A stretch of 48,708 bases of DNA. Origin: an uncultured bacterium. Its GTDB lineage: Bacteria; Patescibacteriota; Minisyncoccia; UBA6257; 2-01-FULL-56-20. The stretch covers positions 1 through 48,708 of the forward strand of contig CAVVHF010000011.1 of NCBI GenBank assembly GCA_963747905.1, given 5' to 3'. Both the position numbers and the translations under genes were made by a program. Below, in pieces: positions 18,779 through 27,869 of this stretch; position 1 is the first letter of the stretch, and every line of letters starts with the position of its first letter. The notes under the pieces were generated by a model. That model saw nothing but the letters and a program-made list of their open reading frames with translations. It made no database searches and was not told the DNA's origin.

Positions 18779-19366
18779 TTATGCCGAGGGAGCTTCTTGG
18801 GTTACTTTTTGAACATTAGCTCTCTTCAAAAGCTCCGCCTGTAGCCACTCGGCAAGATCTTTATCGAGCGCGGGGAGGATACCCTCGGTATCGTCGTCGC
18901 CCGGCTTCTCGTCATCCTCATGCCCGGCAGTGATAATAATAATACGACTGAGGCCGAGCATCTGGAATGAAAGATCCCGTTTGAGATCGACGTCCTGAAC
19001 CTGCCGATACGGAATTGCCACTTCCTCTTTATTTAAAATGCCGCGTTTTATTTTTAATGAATCGTCGCCAAGGCAGTATTTATAATTTTTATATATCAAC
19101 CACGCGACAAGAAGCGTGATCGCAAACACTACAACGAACAATACAAGCGCGATCCACGCCGCCATTCTTGTATAGCTGGTGAGGTTGCCAACTGAAGTCG
19201 TCGCAAGGAACGGTTGGCCGCCGAGTACAAAAAGCGCAATGGCGAGCAGGAGGAGAATAAATGCCGCATGCACGCGCTGTAGTAAGAATATCCAAAAGGT
19301 CTTCTTCCCCATCGTGTGGTAGACCTCTTCGGGAACGCCGGGATGGGTTATCGGGTTTTCGTCCAT
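18779..19366 (-). CDS. Membrane protein with a bacterial PH domain (bPH_2/YdbS-like)
   Basis: Two TM, then Y.L....L.IKRGIL...EVAIPYRQVQDVDL.R....MLGL. Confidence 0.85.
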   Translation of the reverse strand: MDENPITHPGVPEEVYHTMGKKTFWIFLLQRVHAAFILLLLAIALFVLGGQPFLATTSVGNLTSYTRMAAWIALVLFVVVFAITLLVAWLIYKNYKYCLGDDSLKIKRGILNKEEVAIPYRQVQDVDLKRDLSFQMLGLSRIIIITAGHEDDEKPGDDDTEGILPALDKDLAEWLQAELLKRANVQKVTQEAPSA

Positions 19367-19437
19367 AATAATGGTTAGTGCGCGGCGGAGATCGCCGCTC
19401 CTTTTGATTATTCTACCACAGCTGATATAATGGATGC

Positions 19438-19944
19438 ATTATTAAGCCACGTATCAATAACCTTATAACCGCACCAGAGCTCCGCGTCATCGGCGAAACG
19501 GGCGAGAATCTCGGCGTCATGTCACGCGCCGACGCGCTCGCGCTCGCCCACCCGGATGATGGTATCGACCTCATAGAGATTTCCGCCGCAGCAAAACCGC
19601 CCGTAGCGCGACTGATGAGCTACGACAAGTTCCGCTACGAAGAAGAAAAGCGGATCAAAAAAGAGCGGCTTACTCAGAAAGGTGCCGCGATGAAAGTGGT
19701 ACAAATCAGCCCCAAGGCGGCGCACAACGACTTGATGGTCAAGATTAAGCAGGTGGAAAAATTCTTTGCGCAGGGACACCCCGTGGAAGTGACCATGCGT
19801 CTGCGCGGTCGCGAGAAACGCAACAAGGAGTGGGCGATGGAAAAACTTAAGGAATTTTTAACGTTGATCCCCGTGGAATATAAGAAGCTCAACGAACCGA
19901 AGTTTTTAGGCAACGGTCCGGCAGTGCAGATCGCAAAGAAATAA
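19438..19944 (+). CDS. infC: Translation initiation factor IF-3, ATT start
   Basis: In-frame IKPRINNLITAPELRVIGETGENLGVM upstream of the track ORF. In-frame TGA at 19423, and the only plausible starts are ATT at 19438 or 19441. Motifs KPPVARLMSYDKFRYE and RLRGRE. Confidence 0.93.
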   Translation: MIKPRINNLITAPELRVIGETGENLGVMSRADALALAHPDDGIDLIEISAAAKPPVARLMSYDKFRYEEEKRIKKERLTQKGAAMKVVQISPKAAHNDLMVKIKQVEKFFAQGHPVEVTMRLRGREKRNKEWAMEKLKEFLTLIPVEYKKLNEPKFLGNGPAVQIAKK

Positions 19945-20022
19945 AATATTTGATTGCTGCGGTTTTTTGTTATATAATAACGCTCGGCTCACCACAACAC
20001 AGTAACTACTGTGAGCGGAGGA

Positions 20023-20472
20023 ATGATGAAGAGGAATCTCGAAGAAACGAGGGCTCTCCTGCAAGCTCTCGTCGGAGCGTCGATCGATTTTGACAAAGTG
20101 CTCCAAAGGATTGACGAAATTCGGACAACACTCGTCGGAATCGAAGGAAAAAAAGATGACATTGCTGAACTTCTTCGATTTATCGACGATGCCATGAGTG
20201 ATCTTCGTGGAAAGCGCGACGTGATCGACGAGATCCGCCGAAAGGGAGAAATCATCGTCTGGGAAAGACAGGTGGTCAGCCCCCACCTCCAAAGGAAAAT
20301 CGAGGAGTTGGAAATTTCCGACGCTGCGGCAGAACTCATACCGATCGGCGTTGAAACAGTGGGCGAATTGTGCCAATATAGCGCGTCGGAGTTGGGACCT
20401 CCGGCAGACCCGTACGTAAACGAACTGAAAGACGCTATACGAATTCCGTATACACTCGTGCTAAGACCTTGA
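20023..20472 (+). CDS. Hypothetical coiled-coil protein with a C-terminal RNA polymerase alphaCTD-like segment
   Basis: LQRKIEELEIS...GVETVGELCQYSASEL...VNELKDAI. TTGATT(19950)-17-TATAAT, GGAGG SD. Confidence 0.65.
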   Translation: MMKRNLEETRALLQALVGASIDFDKVLQRIDEIRTTLVGIEGKKDDIAELLRFIDDAMSDLRGKRDVIDEIRRKGEIIVWERQVVSPHLQRKIEELEISDAAAELIPIGVETVGELCQYSASELGPPADPYVNELKDAIRIPYTLVLRP

Positions 20473-20499
20473 AAGTAGGAAGGTTGGATAATGAAATAA

Positions 20500-20532
20500 C
20501 AGGCAGGGACTCCGGTTCCTGCCTTCTTTTTT
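20500..20532 (+). terminator. Intrinsic terminator
   Basis: aggcagggac/gttcctgcct stem followed by a T-run. Confidence 0.7.
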
Positions 20533-20623
20533 AATAATTATCCCGCGCCACGCAAGGTATTGCCAACCCGGGAAATCTATAGTAAGCTTACTGTCATTGA
20601 GCCGCCCGGCTCATTTTACTGAA

Positions 20624-20794
20624 ATGCCCTCAAAGAGCGTCACCAAGAGAATAAAAATCACAAAGAACGGGAAGATTGTTCGCCGCCGTGGAGGAGTGGG
20701 CCATTTTAAGACCCGCAAAAGCAGCAAAATGAACCGAGATTCGCGCAAGAGCCGTTCGCTCAATATGCCGCTCAAAACGATTTTGAACAACTAA
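20624..20794 (+). CDS. rpmI: 50S ribosomal protein L35
   Basis: KSVTKRIKITKNGKIVRR...H, located between infC and rplT. Confidence 0.9.
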   Translation: MPSKSVTKRIKITKNGKIVRRRGGVGHFKTRKSSKMNRDSRKSRSLNMPLKTILNN

Positions 20795-20813
20795 TCGCCA
20801 ACTAACCACCACC

Positions 20814-21164
20814 ATGCCACGCGTAAAACGAGGAGTAAATGCCCATCAGCACCGCGAAAAAACCCTTAAATATACCAAAGGGTTCAAGTGGGGCCGCAAG
20901 TCCAAGGAGCGCGCCGCCAAGGAAGCACTGCTCCACGCATGGAGCCACGCCTTCCGTGGACGCAAAGAAAAGAAGCGCACGTTCCGCCAACTCTGGACCG
21001 TCAAGATCAACGCCGCCATCCGCCCCGAAGGGATGAACTACAGCACATTCATTGCAGCTTTGAAAGCGGCGAACATCAAGATCGACCGCAAAATCCTCGC
21101 AGACCTCGCCGAGCACGAACCCGAAGTCTTTAAAAAGGTAGTCGCGGCAACGAAGGCAGAATAA
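20814..21164 (+). CDS. rplT: 50S ribosomal protein L20
   Basis: MPRVKRG, RKEKKRTFRQLW..KINAA, IDRKILADLA. Confidence 0.97.
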   Translation: MPRVKRGVNAHQHREKTLKYTKGFKWGRKSKERAAKEALLHAWSHAFRGRKEKKRTFRQLWTVKINAAIRPEGMNYSTFIAALKAANIKIDRKILADLAEHEPEVFKKVVAATKAE

Positions 21165-21226
21165 AAATATCCCCTTCCGGCTCGTACGAAGACGAATTCG
21201 CCGGAAGGGGATATTTTTATTCTGCC
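21155..21226. terminator. Bidirectional terminator, perfect 27-bp inverted repeat
   Basis: ggcagaataaaaatatccccttccggc (21155-21181) and its reverse complement (21200-21226). Confidence 0.8.
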
Positions 21227-21230
21227 GGGC

Positions 21231-21770
21231 TTATTTAGATGAATCTTTCTGCACAGTGTGTAGACTGGGTGCGATGGCAGTCTTTGTTGGCAGCCGCTTG
21301 TGCGGCTTCAGATAATCGCTCGCCTGTTTAAGCACCTTGCGCGTATCGCCATATTTTTTGCCGATCACATTGAGCGCGTCGTGATAAAGGAACCAACCAT
21401 AGCCGCTGTGCTCGCGCGGCTCGATGCGGATGTCCGCCTTGTGTACCTCTGCCAGAAATAAAATAACGGTGTCATAAATCCCTTGGTTGCCGATCTTAAA
21501 ATAAAATCGTTCGTACGCGCGGAAGTTCGGCAGCATACGCAGCTCTGTTTTTTTGATCCCCGTCTCTTCTTCAAGTTCACGCAGGGCGGTATCAATGCTC
21601 CGCTCCCCCGGCTTAAAGTGCCCCTTGGGAAAATTCCAGTAATTGCCGCGACGGTAGAGCAAAAGGAATTTTATTCCGTCTGTCGTTTTGCGATAGACCA
21701 CAAAGCCGGCCACCACCTGCTTTTTCGTGGGGATGCGCTGTGATTCGTCGGGCTCGCGGGTTGACGGCAT
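21231..21770 (-). CDS. NUDIX hydrolase, asymmetric Ap4A hydrolase-like
   Basis: WNFPKGH...GE...TALRELEEETG and EHSGYGW. Confidence 0.88.
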   Translation of the reverse strand: MPSTREPDESQRIPTKKQVVAGFVVYRKTTDGIKFLLLYRRGNYWNFPKGHFKPGERSIDTALRELEEETGIKKTELRMLPNFRAYERFYFKIGNQGIYDTVILFLAEVHKADIRIEPREHSGYGWFLYHDALNVIGKKYGDTRKVLKQASDYLKPHKRLPTKTAIAPSLHTVQKDSSK

Positions 21771-21826
21771 GCAGATAGTTTACCATAAAAATTTATTATA
21801 CTATAGAAGATCCTATGAGCGCCTTT

Positions 21827-23596
21827 TTATTTCTTTTTAAGAAATGCCAGCATCTTTTCCATCGGCCACGCATTCACGATATCTTTGCGCTCCGCCCAAC
21901 CGCGGCGTGCCTGGGCGATGCCGCATTCAAGAAAATCGAAGTGCGCCGCGGCGTGCGCGTCGGAGTCAATGCACATTTTGACACTAGCCTCCACGCATTT
22001 GCGAATATATTCATCCTTGAGATCGCTGCGCTCAGGAAGCGCGTCTATTTCTAAAATCGTGCCGGTGCGTTTTGCGGTCGCGATAATTTCATCTATATCG
22101 ATGTCGTACGGTGGGCGGCGATTGATGATGCGTCCGGTGGGATGAAAGAAAATATCCACGTTCGGATTACTGATCGCCCGCTTGACCCGCGCCGTCTGGT
22201 CCGCGCGTGAAAGGTTAAAATACGAGTGTACCGACACGCCGACAACGTCGAGCTGCGCGAGTGTCTCGTCGTCGAGGTCGAGCGTACCGTCTTTCAAAAT
22301 ATCACACTCAGTGCCTTTCAATATTTTTATTTTGCCCTTCAGCCTTTTATTGACCACATCAATCTCTTTCCACTGCTCACGGATACGCTTTTCGTCCAGG
22401 CCATGTGCCATCGCAAGGCGCTTCGTGTGATCGGTGATGACGATGTATTTTAGCCCCCGCGCGGCGGCGGCGCGGGCTATTACCTCTATAGAAGCGTCGC
22501 CGTCGGTCCAATTGGTCTGCACCTGCAGATCGCCTTGTAAATCGCCGTAACCGATCAATTTAGGTAGGCCTGGTTTTTTCTTTTCAAACTGGCGCACTGC
22601 GGCCTCCACCTCGCCCGTGTTCTCTCGCAACTCCGGCTCTACGTACGCCATGCCAAGCATTTTATAAATATCCTCCTCTGTCTTGCCAGCGACACTCGTT
22701 TCAGTCTTCTCTCCCTTTTTATCTACCTTGAACAATCCGTACTCATTCAGTTTTAATCCTTTTTTAATGGCGCGCTCGCGAATGACGATGTTGTGGTCCT
22801 TTGAACCGGTAAAATAATTGAGCGCAGCGCCGTATGATTCCGCAGGCACCACGCGCAGGTCAATATTGATCCCCGGCTTTATTTTTATGGACGACTTCGT
22901 GACGCCATGCGCGATGATCGCCATCACACCTGGCGTTTTGGAAACAAAATAATCCATCACCGCCGGTTTTGACGAGACCGCGAGGAGATCAATGTCACCG
23001 ATCGTGTCGCACCGCCGCCGCGCCGATCCCGCGACGGTCACTTTCGTCACACCCGCCACGCCCGCGAGCCGTGTCTCGATCTCATGGATCTGCGGCAACA
23101 TGAGGCCGGTTATGAAGCGACTGCCGGAACTTTTTGCAAATCCAATCCCCTTCAAAATCTTCTCCTCGCTCTTTTTGCCAAAGCCCTCGAGCGTACCAAT
23201 CTTCCCTTTTTTCGCCATCGCTTCCAGGTCTTTCAAGTCACGCACGCCGAGCGACCGATACAATTTTTGGATGGACTTCGGCCCAAGTCCTTCCACACGC
23301 GCAAGCTCGTCCAGACGCACTGGCGTCGCCTTCTTCAATTTTTCATATTCCGCGCTCCGCCCGGTCTTGATCAACTCCTCTATTATTTCCGCGATAGACT
23401 GACCGACGCCGGGGATTTCTTTCAGCTTTTTTATCCCGCCACTCGCGTACATTTTTGAAACCTCCTCCTCCAACGCGTTAATCGTCTCCGCCGCCTTCTC
23501 AAATGCACGCGGTTTGAACTGCACCTGCTGCATCGCAAGATACTCGCCGATCTGGCGCAAGACTTCAGCGATGGATTGGTTGGAGATTTCGAACAT
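21827..23596 (-). CDS. polX: DNA polymerase X with a C-terminal PHP domain
   Basis: HhH motifs (IPGVG, VEGLGPK), GSARR..TIGDIDLL, IDLRVV, YFTGSKDHN, LNEYGLF, PELRE. PHP motifs TDH, HPTGR and DSDAH. Confidence 0.93.
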   Translation of the reverse strand: MFEISNQSIAEVLRQIGEYLAMQQVQFKPRAFEKAAETINALEEEVSKMYASGGIKKLKEIPGVGQSIAEIIEELIKTGRSAEYEKLKKATPVRLDELARVEGLGPKSIQKLYRSLGVRDLKDLEAMAKKGKIGTLEGFGKKSEEKILKGIGFAKSSGSRFITGLMLPQIHEIETRLAGVAGVTKVTVAGSARRRCDTIGDIDLLAVSSKPAVMDYFVSKTPGVMAIIAHGVTKSSIKIKPGINIDLRVVPAESYGAALNYFTGSKDHNIVIRERAIKKGLKLNEYGLFKVDKKGEKTETSVAGKTEEDIYKMLGMAYVEPELRENTGEVEAAVRQFEKKKPGLPKLIGYGDLQGDLQVQTNWTDGDASIEVIARAAAARGLKYIVITDHTKRLAMAHGLDEKRIREQWKEIDVVNKRLKGKIKILKGTECDILKDGTLDLDDETLAQLDVVGVSVHSYFNLSRADQTARVKRAISNPNVDIFFHPTGRIINRRPPYDIDIDEIIATAKRTGTILEIDALPERSDLKDEYIRKCVEASVKMCIDSDAHAAAHFDFLECGIAQARRGWAERKDIVNAWPMEKMLAFLKKK

Positions 23597-23613
23597 AGTT
23601 AAATTCTGTCACC

Positions 23614-24291
23614 CTACGCCACCATATCCCCCGGTTTGCGCTCCGCCGTAGTCTCAGCTACGGAGATGGCGGCACGCACAGTCGTCGTCGGCTTCGGCAA
23701 AATTAGATCCGGCACCGCCAACAGCACAAACGCGGCGATGAACGCCATGATTCCCGCTGCCACAAAGACCACATTGTATCCCAACGTCCCCGCGATGACG
23801 CCGCCGAGGAATCCCGCAACGCCTGCACCGATCCCACCCACCGAGGAATCAAGCGACCAGTCGAGCGAGATGGCATTCTTGTCGAGATGGCGCGAGTAGA
23901 TTGTAGGCCATGAAGCGTAGTAGAACGCGAAGGCGATGGCCTGAACGGCGTGGATCGCATAGAGTTCCCATACCCGCGTGACCCAGCACATCGCGATCGC
24001 GGAGATGCCCACGAGCAACAGCCCACCGACAAGCGCTATGAAGTCATCATGCTCACCCGGCGTTGAATCAAGATATTTTGCAATGGGGATCTGCAGAACC
24101 GAACGCGTAATCCAATAGATCGCGGCGGCGATTCCGACGGTAAGCAGCGTTCCGCCGACCACACGTTGGATGATGAATACCGAAAACACCGGATCGATAA
24201 GCCCCCATCCGGCAAGGAGGAAAAAGTCGGAGATCACAAAGTACTTCACGAGCCGCCCGACTTTTATATTGATATTTACCTTTATGCGCAT
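23614..24291 (-). CDS. Half-size (6 TM) MFS-like membrane protein
   Basis: Six hydrophobic helices, QIPIAKYLD motif-A-like loop, GFLGGVIA..LGY. Confidence 0.75.
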   Translation of the reverse strand: MRIKVNINIKVGRLVKYFVISDFFLLAGWGLIDPVFSVFIIQRVVGGTLLTVGIAAAIYWITRSVLQIPIAKYLDSTPGEHDDFIALVGGLLLVGISAIAMCWVTRVWELYAIHAVQAIAFAFYYASWPTIYSRHLDKNAISLDWSLDSSVGGIGAGVAGFLGGVIAGTLGYNVVFVAAGIMAFIAAFVLLAVPDLILPKPTTTVRAAISVAETTAERKPGDMVA

Positions 24292-24305
24292 AATCTTATT
24301 CTGCC

Positions 24306-26813
24306 TCATTCATTTGCGAAGTCGAACTTGTCATCTTTAATGGTGCACGTGACTCGCGCGCCCTTTGCGATCTTCTTTGCGAGCAGCGCCTCGGAGAGCG
24401 GCGCGCGGATGTATTCGTCGATCGCGCGGCGAAGCGGCCGCGCGCCGTATGCCGGATCGTAGCCAAGCTTGGCGATCTTTGTGATCGCCTCGGCGCTGAA
24501 TGAGAGCGTGATCCCCTGCGCCTTAACCGCAGCAACGAGCTCGCTTAGATTAATCTGCACGATCTGCGGCAATTCGCTCATCTCCAAATTTTTGAACACT
24601 ATTATTTTTGAGAACCGGTTGAGCAACTCCGGCTTCAACACGTCCGTGAGCCGCGCCTTCAAATAATCCGCGATGTCCGTCATAGACTCGCCCTTACTAA
24701 GTGCATCGTTGATGATGTCAGAGTGCGCGTTCGATGTGGCGATGATAATCGTGTTCGTAAAATCCACCACACGACCCATATTGTCGGTAAGTCGTCCGTC
24801 ATCAAACACCTGCAAAAACAGATTTAAAATATCCGGAAACGCCTTCTCAAACTCGTCCAACAGTACAAGGCCATACGGCTTTTCGCGCACCGCGTCGGTG
24901 AGCGCACCACGCACCATCCCATCGGGCGATCCGATAAAGCGGAAGAAGCTTTGTTTATCCTGATATTCCGTCATGTCAAAACGCACCATCATTTTTTCCG
25001 AACCGAACTGGATCTCCGCCAATATTTTTGCGAGCTCCGTTTTTCCGACGCCGGTCGGCCCCACAAAAAGGAAGCTCGCGATCGGGCCGCCTTTGCGCGT
25101 AAGCCCGCTACGATATTCACGGAGCGCCTGCGCCACCGCTTTGACCGCCTCATCCTGGCCAATGATGCGTTGGTGGATAAGCTCTTCCATGTGCAACAGC
25201 TTCTCCGCCTCGTCGCCCTCCGCTTCGTGCATAGGAATGTTCACTTTTTCTTCCGCGACCGCCGTCACGCGATCAGGCGTGACCGTCTTTTCCCCGCGCC
25301 GCTCTGCGTCCACGATGGCGCTCTTTAATAGTTCCTCCGCGCTCGATGGAAGATATTTGTCCCGTAAATATTTTTTGGCGAGGAGCACCGCGCGCTTGAT
25401 CGCGCCGAAGCTTACCGCGATCCGCGATTGCCGCTCTAGTAAAAAGCTTTCATAGGTAAGCACCTTTTCCGCATCGGCCTCCGATATCTCGTTCACCATG
25501 ATGGATTCGAACATGCCGGCAAAATCACTGCGCGGCTCGATAAATTGTTTGAATTCCTTCGGATATGACGTACCGACCACCGGAAACGTGTTCGCGGCGA
25601 TGATCGGCATGAGCGCATCCGCAGCGGAAAGGTACGTCGTTCCCGACGTACGCACCAGATTGTGGATGTCGGGAATGTATAAAATAATATTCCCAGCCAT
25701 AAATATCTCATCGACGATGGCCTTCAGGCGCGCATCCAGCTCTTCCGGCGGCGCGCCGGCGATGAGGCTCTGCAACTGGAGCCCCACCAAGCGCTTATCA
25801 AAAAGTCCGCTTGGCACGTCATCCTTCGTGAGGCAATATGCCAAATGTTTAATGATCGATTCCTTGCCAATACCCGCCTCGCCGATAAGGAGCACGTTTG
25901 GGTCGACTGGTCGGGCGAGCGTCTCCACAAGTTGTTCGTACTCCGTTTCGTGACCGACTAAAAATCCTGCCGCGCGATCACGAGCAAGATCGGTGAAGTC
26001 GATGCCGTACTTGTCGAGCGTCGGCGTCGGTCGCGAAGTCCACGCGCGATTCATAATGCGATGTTCTCGCATGTGCCGTCCTTCCGGCGCAAAACCGCCG
26101 AGTACCGATGGAAGGCGTGCGAAAAATCCGCCGCCGCCTGCAAGCGCGCTAAAAATGAGCGCCCGCTCAAGGTCACCCTCATCTATATTGAACAGAGAGA
26201 AAAGCCGGTCGAGTCGTTCGTTCTCCATCGCGGGCAACGCGGAAAAAATATCGGCGGGTTTGATAAAATCATGGCCCGCACTCACGGCGGAAGCGAACGC
26301 GTGGGCGGCAAGCGGCTCCCCCATCGAAAGATAATTCTCCGGCGCCGCAGGTTCCTCCATCAATACCTCCAGTTTTGCCTTGAACGCCTTCGGGTCCACG
26401 TCTAGGCGACGGAGGCCGTCCTGGATCTGCGGCATCTCAAAAAGACGGCTGGTGAGCTCGAGGAGAAAGCTCTTTTTAGTGATGGCGGCACGATCCACCG
26501 CACGCTCGAACACGCTGAATGCCGCCCGGTTCATCGTCTCCGCAAGATTTATCTTCCCATCCTTCGGCAATTCGGAAATCGGCGTATCCCCTTCGCCGTG
26601 ATGTACAAGGATGTCAATATCCACTAATAAGAGAAACAAGCCAAGAGAGAATAGCAGGTGGATATCGTACGAAAGCAAAAACATGAACGTCGCTACGAAG
26701 AGCACAAAGTAGGAAACGTAACTGATGACGCGTACCAGCATCCGCCCAGCGACCGTCATGCGCAGACGCGGATCGTCAAAATGAAATTCGTACTCAGATA
26801 TTTTTTGCGACAT
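24306..26813 (-). CDS. ClpA/ClpB-family (Hsp100) AAA+ ATPase with N-terminal TM helices
   Basis: PTLDKYGIDFT. D1 has GEAGIGKE and YIPDIH. D2 has RIIGQDEAV, GPTGVGKT, LLDEFEKA and GARPLRR. Confidence 0.9.
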   Translation of the reverse strand: MSQKISEYEFHFDDPRLRMTVAGRMLVRVISYVSYFVLFVATFMFLLSYDIHLLFSLGLFLLLVDIDILVHHGEGDTPISELPKDGKINLAETMNRAAFSVFERAVDRAAITKKSFLLELTSRLFEMPQIQDGLRRLDVDPKAFKAKLEVLMEEPAAPENYLSMGEPLAAHAFASAVSAGHDFIKPADIFSALPAMENERLDRLFSLFNIDEGDLERALIFSALAGGGGFFARLPSVLGGFAPEGRHMREHRIMNRAWTSRPTPTLDKYGIDFTDLARDRAAGFLVGHETEYEQLVETLARPVDPNVLLIGEAGIGKESIIKHLAYCLTKDDVPSGLFDKRLVGLQLQSLIAGAPPEELDARLKAIVDEIFMAGNIILYIPDIHNLVRTSGTTYLSAADALMPIIAANTFPVVGTSYPKEFKQFIEPRSDFAGMFESIMVNEISEADAEKVLTYESFLLERQSRIAVSFGAIKRAVLLAKKYLRDKYLPSSAEELLKSAIVDAERRGEKTVTPDRVTAVAEEKVNIPMHEAEGDEAEKLLHMEELIHQRIIGQDEAVKAVAQALREYRSGLTRKGGPIASFLFVGPTGVGKTELAKILAEIQFGSEKMMVRFDMTEYQDKQSFFRFIGSPDGMVRGALTDAVREKPYGLVLLDEFEKAFPDILNLFLQVFDDGRLTDNMGRVVDFTNTIIIATSNAHSDIINDALSKGESMTDIADYLKARLTDVLKPELLNRFSKIIVFKNLEMSELPQIVQINLSELVAAVKAQGITLSFSAEAITKIAKLGYDPAYGARPLRRAIDEYIRAPLSEALLAKKIAKGARVTCTIKDDKFDFANE

Positions 26814-27141
26814 AGAAAATAATAATGGCAGGGATGGCAAGCCAGATCACATACGCGAGCGCGAAAACAAGCGCGAGGAAAAAATAACACACACCGCCGA
26901 TCACGACGCGCGCTGACCGGAACACAATCCCCAACATCCTACCGATCACACTGTAGTCCTTATAGAGCGGCTCAAAAAAATGCCGCAGCGTAATGGCAAC
27001 CGCGAGCGATCGGTCCGCCGCGGTAAGTGTTGTCATAAAATGCCGCCCAAAAGTGCGCGACCCGTCAACATACCAATGATGAAAAAAATCTAAAAAACAG
27101 TAGAGCAGGCGCCGCGCAAGATAGACGATCGAAAAATCCAT
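26794..27141 (-). CDS. Small membrane protein overlapping the Clp ATPase start
   Basis: FFHHWY, LRHFFEPLYKDY, GRMLGIVFR, then a TM. Confidence 0.75.
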   Translation of the reverse strand: MDFSIVYLARRLLYCFLDFFHHWYVDGSRTFGRHFMTTLTAADRSLAVAITLRHFFEPLYKDYSVIGRMLGIVFRSARVVIGGVCYFFLALVFALAYVIWLAIPAIIIFYVAKNI

Positions 27142-27188
27142 ACGTTAATAATACCACTAAATGGTCCTGTTTCGGCGCGACGCTAGCG

Positions 27189-27848
27189 CTAGAAAAGACC
27201 CTTCTGCGGGGATTTTTCCGGCTGCGGCTTTTTAGACGCGCGCACCTGCGCCTTCGCCGGTTCCGTAAATGCAGGCGGTAATTCCACGACGCCGAACTCG
27301 CCGGACAGCACGCTTGGGATTTTTTTGAAGTCGGCACGTAAAACCTCCATCATCTGCGTGGAGCGAAGCGCTGCCGCAGGATGATAGACCGGGAAAATCG
27401 TGCGTCCGTCAACGAGCAACGGATGGCCATGGTCGCGCGTGATTTTCGCGAACGGCAGAAAATAGTTCATCGAAAACCGACCCAGCGTGACGATCAACTT
27501 CGGATCGATCACCTCGATCTGCCGTGTGAGGTATGGCTTATATGCCTCGATCTCCGCCGGCAACGGATCGCGGTTCTCCGGCGGTCGTCGCTTGACGATA
27601 TTCGTGATGTACGCGTCCGCGCGCTTCCAGCCAAGGCCCTCGATCATATTATCCAACAACTGCCCACCACGCCCGACGAACGGGCGCCGCAAGCGATCCT
27701 CGTTCACGCCCGGCGCCTCGCCGATGAACATCACCTGGCAATTAATGTTTCCCTCGCCAAAAACAAGGTTCGCTTCTGTACGAAGAGGCAACGCCGCGTT
27801 CGCCGCCATCTCGGTCTCTATTTTTTTTAGCTCGACGAGTTTATCCAT
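27189..27848 (-). CDS. Uracil-DNA glycosylase family 4
   Basis: VFGEG, GEAPG..ED...PFVGRGG, RPPENRDP, TLGRFS, HPAAAL. Confidence 0.92.
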   Translation of the reverse strand: MDKLVELKKIETEMAANAALPLRTEANLVFGEGNINCQVMFIGEAPGVNEDRLRRPFVGRGGQLLDNMIEGLGWKRADAYITNIVKRRPPENRDPLPAEIEAYKPYLTRQIEVIDPKLIVTLGRFSMNYFLPFAKITRDHGHPLLVDGRTIFPVYHPAAALRSTQMMEVLRADFKKIPSVLSGEFGVVELPPAFTEPAKAQVRASKKPQPEKSPQKGLF

Positions 27849-27869
27849 AAAGAAATTATAGCGTAATTT

